Below, piece by piece: positions 59,329 through 64,000 of a stretch of DNA of 64,000 nucleotides. The stretch's first letter is position 1. Every line of letters begins with the position of its first letter. A program made the translations under genes and the position numbers. The notes beneath the pieces were generated by a model, which made no database searches, was not told the origin of the DNA, and worked only from the letters and a program-made list of their open reading frames with translations. This DNA comes from Promethearchaeia archaeon. GTDB lineage: Archaea > Asgardarchaeota > Lokiarchaeia > Sigyniarchaeales > SOKP01. The stretch is from NCBI GenBank assembly GCA_029856155.1, contig JAHQWL010000040.1, positions 125,032 through 189,031 on the forward strand, in the 5' to 3' direction.

Positions 59329-60018
59329 TTATTCAAATCCTTCTTCTCTCAAATTTAAAGTAAATTCATATACGCGGTTTTCAGTCATATTGCTAAATAT
59401 AAATTTTCTTTGATTTAGAGTTTTGGTCTTTTTAATTTTTAAATTAAAATTTACCCAAAACTCCATAACTTTTCCACCACTTTGGACCTCGATAAATTGA
59501 TCATTAAAGTTTTTTCTACTTAATTCATTAACTATTAAAATTTTAATGCTATATATTTCATTTAAATAAGTTAAGTTAGCTAATATTTGATGTAATTTGT
59601 AATTAAGGCTATAATTCTTTTCTTTATTCTCCTGGTTTAATTCTAATCTATATAAATTAGTAATTGAATCAATAATTAGTAATTTTGTTTTGTCTTCATT
59701 ATTTTCTAATTTCTTTAAGATTAAAAATTCTAAATTAAAAATAATATTGTATAAATCCTTAAAATTCATGGGTTTAATAATTGTAATTCTATCAAGAACT
59801 TCTTCTGAACCTTTAGATAAAGATATAAGTTTTTCATAAGGTAAATTGGGTTTTGTATAAATATAAATGACGTTTTCATTATTTTTCGCAGTATTTATGG
59901 CTGTTTGTAAGGCAAAAGTAGTTTTTCCAACACCAAAATCACCCCAAATAGAAAAAATACCTTTAATAGCATTAATTTTTCTTATAATTGCGTTTAATTT
60001 TAATGTTGGAAATTTCAT
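59329..60018 (-). CDS. RadB-like RecA-fold ATPase
   Basis: GDFGVGKTT, LIIDSITNLYR, GG. Confidence 0.75.
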   Translation of the reverse strand: MKFPTLKLNAIIRKINAIKGIFSIWGDFGVGKTTFALQTAINTAKNNENVIYIYTKPNLPYEKLISLSKGSEEVLDRITIIKPMNFKDLYNIIFNLEFLILKKLENNEDKTKLLIIDSITNLYRLELNQENKEKNYSLNYKLHQILANLTYLNEIYSIKILIVNELSRKNFNDQFIEVQSGGKVMEFWVNFNLKIKKTKTLNQRKFIFSNMTENRVYEFTLNLREEGFE

Positions 60019-60061
60019 TTGATTTAATATTTTTAATTTATATTTAATTAATATTTATAAC

Positions 60062-60916
60062 TTGAAAAAAAAAATTTATGTTTTAACAGAGGATTTATCT
60101 TTTTTTTTTCAGTTAAATAAGGAATTAAATCACCGAAATATATCATTTAAAATTCTAAATATTGGGAATAAAATTCCCGAGTTTAACGCTCTACTATTAA
60201 CTACATGTGAGGAATTGGTAAAGTATAATCTGAATAATCTCAGTACTGAAATTGTTGCCTATGATAAGAAAGAAAAGTTTGAAAAATTTCTTATTAAATT
60301 AATCGCAGCGTTTAAAATTGGTTGCAAAGATAGTTATTCAGAATTAACATTTTCAATTGATCCTGGCACAAAAAATATAGGATTAGTAGTTTTCTTAGAT
60401 GATTATTTTTTAATTTCTCAAACAATTTATAACAAAAATGACTTAATCAAAAAACTCAAAGATTATGTTGAATATTTACAAACTAAAGATGAGAATCTTT
60501 TAAAACTGAATTTTAAGTTTGGAAGAGGAGTTCTTCCACTTACACACCATTTGGTTTCTCAAATTTTTAGTAATTTTTATAATAGAAAAAAAATACGTAT
60601 ATTTTTAATTGATGAGTCTAAATCTTCAAAAATTAAAATATGCAATGAAAAAGGGAAGAAAATTCCTAAAGATGAAGCTTCAGCCTTAATTTTAGCTTTA
60701 AGGGACGGAATCGAAGTTAACCAGTATAATTACATGAAAATATTTGACCAGATAAAATCAAGAAAACTGAAAACAAAAACATTTATGAAAGAAAATTCTA
60801 ATAATTGCTATGATTTAACCTTTAATTTGAAAAAATTGGGAGAAAATGTGCTAAGCGGAGAATTTTCTCTAAGTAGAGCTTTAGAAATTTTACATCACGA
60901 TCAAGAGTTAAGCTAA
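60062..60916 (+). CDS. Hypothetical protein with RNase H-like (YqgF-type) motifs
   Basis: SIDPGTKNIGL, IDESKSS, DEASA. Confidence 0.6.
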   Translation: MKKKIYVLTEDLSFFFQLNKELNHRNISFKILNIGNKIPEFNALLLTTCEELVKYNLNNLSTEIVAYDKKEKFEKFLIKLIAAFKIGCKDSYSELTFSIDPGTKNIGLVVFLDDYFLISQTIYNKNDLIKKLKDYVEYLQTKDENLLKLNFKFGRGVLPLTHHLVSQIFSNFYNRKKIRIFLIDESKSSKIKICNEKGKKIPKDEASALILALRDGIEVNQYNYMKIFDQIKSRKLKTKTFMKENSNNCYDLTFNLKKLGENVLSGEFSLSRALEILHHDQELS

Positions 60917-61060
60917 TATTTTTTTTTTTAATAACTAAGAACTGGAATCTTCTTTTAAATCATTTATATACTATCAAATTAGAAATAGATAAAAATTCTT
61001 ATTAATTCTGGTATTTATCTCAAGTATTATCTTATTTACTCTTATTTTCTCTAGATCTAT

Positions 61061-62176
61061 ATGAAACGATTAAAAAGCCTTGATATGTTTCGGGGATTAG
61101 CTATGTTATATATGCTGGTGGGACATATGGTTACATGGTGGCCTGTTCCTGAAGAAAAATGGATTTTAATTAGTTACGTATCTATTCTTTCTACATTAGG
61201 AGCAGTTGGATTTACTTTCATATCTGGAATAAGTACTATGATATCATATAGAAATAGAATTATTAAGCTAGAAAAAGTAGAAAATTTTAGTTATACTCAG
61301 ATCAAATATGAATACTTTTTTAGGGCGACTTTTATAGTAATCCTTGGTTTAATCTATAACATATTTGTAGCGATAATATTCATGGATCCCTCTCAAATAT
61401 GGACTTGGTTCATATTATTAACAATAGGAGTATGTCTTTTAATGTCATGGCCGTTATTAAGGACATCAAAAAAATTTAGATTCTTTTTTGGAGCACTAAT
61501 TTGGATAATTAATCAAATAATTTTAGTTCTATTAACTCCATTTGAAGGGCAGTTTAATTTATACGGCGTTTTATTTCATATTTTATACAATAGTATTGAT
61601 CAAAATATTATACTATCATTTTTTACATTTTTTCTAATAGGAACTGTTATAGGTGACATAATTTATGATTTCTCTCTTATTGATAATGAGTTTGAAAAAA
61701 GGTCGAGTGTTAAAAAAAACCTATTATTCCCCTCATTATTAATAGGGAGTATTCTTATAGTAATTGGATTTTATTTTTTATTACCTTTTTTTTTTACGGA
61801 AGAAATTCTATCAATAAAATCAAATTTATGGTGGTTAATGTATTCTTTAGGGATTGAGATAATTTTAATATCAATTTTCATAACAATTGATGTTTATGAA
61901 GTATTTAAGCCAAAAAAGAGCTATAGGTTCTTATATTATTTTTCTTATTATTCCCTAACAGTCTTTTTATTACAAAATATTAACTATTTCTTTTTTTATC
62001 AATCTTTGCATTGGTATAATCTATGGTTCTTTATTCTAATAACAGTTATATTATATGGACTTTTTTTAAGGTTATTATATAAAAGATGGGGCTCAATTTT
62101 TTCTTTAAAGATCCAAATTGGTCGATTAGCATCAGAAATAACTAAAAGACTTATGAATAAAAAGATGCGATTGTAA
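61061..62176 (+). CDS. Membrane acyltransferase-like protein (DUF1624/HGSNAT family)
   Basis: RLKSLDMFRGLAM...H, F.FISGIS; polytopic. Confidence 0.75.
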   Translation: MKRLKSLDMFRGLAMLYMLVGHMVTWWPVPEEKWILISYVSILSTLGAVGFTFISGISTMISYRNRIIKLEKVENFSYTQIKYEYFFRATFIVILGLIYNIFVAIIFMDPSQIWTWFILLTIGVCLLMSWPLLRTSKKFRFFFGALIWIINQIILVLLTPFEGQFNLYGVLFHILYNSIDQNIILSFFTFFLIGTVIGDIIYDFSLIDNEFEKRSSVKKNLLFPSLLIGSILIVIGFYFLLPFFFTEEILSIKSNLWWLMYSLGIEIILISIFITIDVYEVFKPKKSYRFLYYFSYYSLTVFLLQNINYFFFYQSLHWYNLWFFILITVILYGLFLRLLYKRWGSIFSLKIQIGRLASEITKRLMNKKMRL

Positions 62177-62284
62177 AATTTGATAAAATTTTAAATCGGA
62201 TCAAAATTACATGAAGCTACTTAAAAATATTTTATAAAGATAAATTTTAATTTTTATCTTATTTGATTATTATTAGAAAAATTA

Positions 62285-63457
62285 TTATTTCTTAGGGTAA
62301 TTTAAAAACGTTTTACCCCATTCTGATTGAAGAAATTTCCTTATTCTTCGTTTTCCAATAGTTGGATACCATAACATATCATGAAAAATCATAGATGCAT
62401 ATGTAGGTCCTAGAAAGAAGAGTTCACTTTTAAAAAGAGGATAAAGAAATTGCAAGGGTCCTTTTCTCACCATTTGGTCTCCCCAAATGACTATACTTCG
62501 TTTAACCTTAAAATTCCAATTTACCTTTGAGATATCTTCTCCAATAATTTCAATTTGCTTGAAATCTCCACATCCTAATCCTTCTTCATGAGCCATTCTT
62601 ATTGCTGGTAATTCTAAAGGTTCAAATCCCATCATTTTAGCAACAATAGTATCAACAGCAACTTGATCATACCCCGCTAGAATCATATTCTTAATTCGAG
62701 GTATCATTGTCCTAGGACCTGCACCATCACCACAGACAGTCCCATCTACAACAGCCAGTATATTTGGATGGATTTGTTTTTGGATGATAAGTAAATCTAC
62801 TAATACTTCAGACATATATTGATGTGAAAAATGTCTCCTTTTTGTTAAAAGCCCTCCAAAAGCATTCTTCATAGCGCATGTTATACCTCCTTGTTTCATT
62901 TCTCCACTTGTTTGTTTCAAAGCCCCACCAATAGCTCCAGTATGACCATGAGTTTTCATAGTTGGGAGATGTATTATTGGTTTACCTACATAAAACTTCG
63001 GAATAAGAAACCCTTCGGGAAAAATTTTTGAATCTAAAACATGTAAACTTTTATTTTTAAGGGTAAGAAATTTAGATCTTAGAGATTCGTAAGGTACAAA
63101 AGGGATTCGAGTTAAAGGAACAAACCAAACCCCGTGTTTATCGAAAATTGGACCCCACTTGTTTCCCTTTAATCCTTTTTCTATATTTGTTACTACAGTT
63201 CTATTTTCAGCGGTGAATATTTTCTTTGGATTGTACCCATCTTCCACCATGGTTTTCAATACTCCTTCTACTTGCCATGGTGGGCTAGAACATGCGGGAA
63301 AGAATTTAGACCAGCTTAGATTTAATTTTATTATTATGTTTTCATCTTTACTAAATATTTTTTCATAATTTGTAAGTTGCATTAAATTTTTATAATCATC
63401 CAAGACAGTCTTAGGCGATGTTTTAACAATAAATACTTGAGATTTTTTTGGGTTCAT
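62285..63457 (-). CDS. DUF362 family protein
   Basis: KLNLSW, PTMKTH, AMKNAFG, DQVAVD. Confidence 0.88.
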   Translation of the reverse strand: MNPKKSQVFIVKTSPKTVLDDYKNLMQLTNYEKIFSKDENIIIKLNLSWSKFFPACSSPPWQVEGVLKTMVEDGYNPKKIFTAENRTVVTNIEKGLKGNKWGPIFDKHGVWFVPLTRIPFVPYESLRSKFLTLKNKSLHVLDSKIFPEGFLIPKFYVGKPIIHLPTMKTHGHTGAIGGALKQTSGEMKQGGITCAMKNAFGGLLTKRRHFSHQYMSEVLVDLLIIQKQIHPNILAVVDGTVCGDGAGPRTMIPRIKNMILAGYDQVAVDTIVAKMMGFEPLELPAIRMAHEEGLGCGDFKQIEIIGEDISKVNWNFKVKRSIVIWGDQMVRKGPLQFLYPLFKSELFFLGPTYASMIFHDMLWYPTIGKRRIRKFLQSEWGKTFLNYPKK

Positions 63458-63592
63458 TAGGTGAAAAAAAAAAGAATCATTTAACTTTATTTCTAAATTT
63501 CAATCAATCTATAATTTAAAATATTAAGAATTATTGAAAAATGAAGTAAAATAATAATAGTAAAAATATTAAGTTGATTAGCGATATAAAAA

Positions 63593-64000
63593 CTAATCGG
63601 AAATATATTTCATTCCTTCATAGGATTTACTTTCCTTTTTAAAGGGTAAACATACCATATAATGGTCTCCCCCTAAATGAATTTTTCTAGGGGTTTCTAC
63701 TCCACAGCCTATATGTTTATCTTTATCGGGACATCTTGGGTGAAATGGACAACCTTCAGGGGGATTTATGGGGCTAGGAACATCACCTTCTAATATAATT
63801 CTATTAGTTTTTGAATTGGGATCAAAGGTGGGTCTTGCTGATAATAAAGCTACAGTGTATGGATGCGAAGGATTGTAAAATACTTCCTCAATAGTACCTG
63901 TCTCGACAAATTTACCAAGATACATTACGACTATTCTATCAGCTATATGTTGCACTACACTAAGATCATGAGTGATGAATAGAAATGATAAATTGAATTG
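63593..64000 (-). CDS. Oligopeptide ABC transporter ATP-binding subunit (3' part)
   Basis: [29 protein letters not shown]. Confidence 0.9.
   Translation of the reverse strand, partial: QFNLSFLFITHDLSVVQHIADRIVVMYLGKFVETGTIEEVFYNPSHPYTVALLSARPTFDPNSKTNRIILEGDVPSPINPPEGCPFHPRCPDKDKHIGCGVETPRKIHLGGDHYMVCLPFKKESKSYEGMKYISD

Noticed and set aside
62884-62938. In-frame insertion in the DUF362 gene as a cryptic intron
   Set aside because: The best BHB-like cut shifts the frame and the insert has no inner stem; more likely a protein loop
2203-63368. Short ORF-track entries overlapping real genes (for example 7150, 8125, 8369, 11437, 29336, 40230, 58815)
   Set aside because: Antisense or alternate-frame shadows of well-supported genes with no motifs
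1-64000. CRISPR arrays, rRNA, transposases, integrases, selenoprotein genes
   Set aside because: None recognised by eye; short or divergent cases could have been missed

Overview
A very AT-rich archaeal chromosomal segment, most consistent with an Asgard archaeon of the Lokiarchaeia type (inference from archaeal ribosomal proteins, Sec machinery, and Vps28-, roadblock-, OST3/6-, Yip1- and RING-like proteins). It carries the S19-to-L15 ribosomal protein cluster, an L11-L1-L10-L12-secY cluster, L34e-cmk-L14e, tRNA-Sec next to SepSecS plus SelB, and housekeeping genes. The main result is that two protein-coding genes missed or truncated by the ORF track appear to be split by tiny (29-37 nt) bulge-helix-bulge (BHB) introns. 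rpl11 has two, around a 21-nt micro-exon, and a 56-aa zinc-ribbon gene has one. In each case cutting at the standard archaeal splicing-endonuclease position restores the reading frame, and two of the introns share an 11-nt core (GTATCGCTTTT). tRNA-Ile(UAU) has three introns and tRNA-Ser(GGA) has two, mostly at non-canonical positions. Five genes, three of them ribosomal, appear to start at ATT or ATA 6-7 nt after a Shine-Dalgarno motif. All structures were folded by eye; no searches were run.
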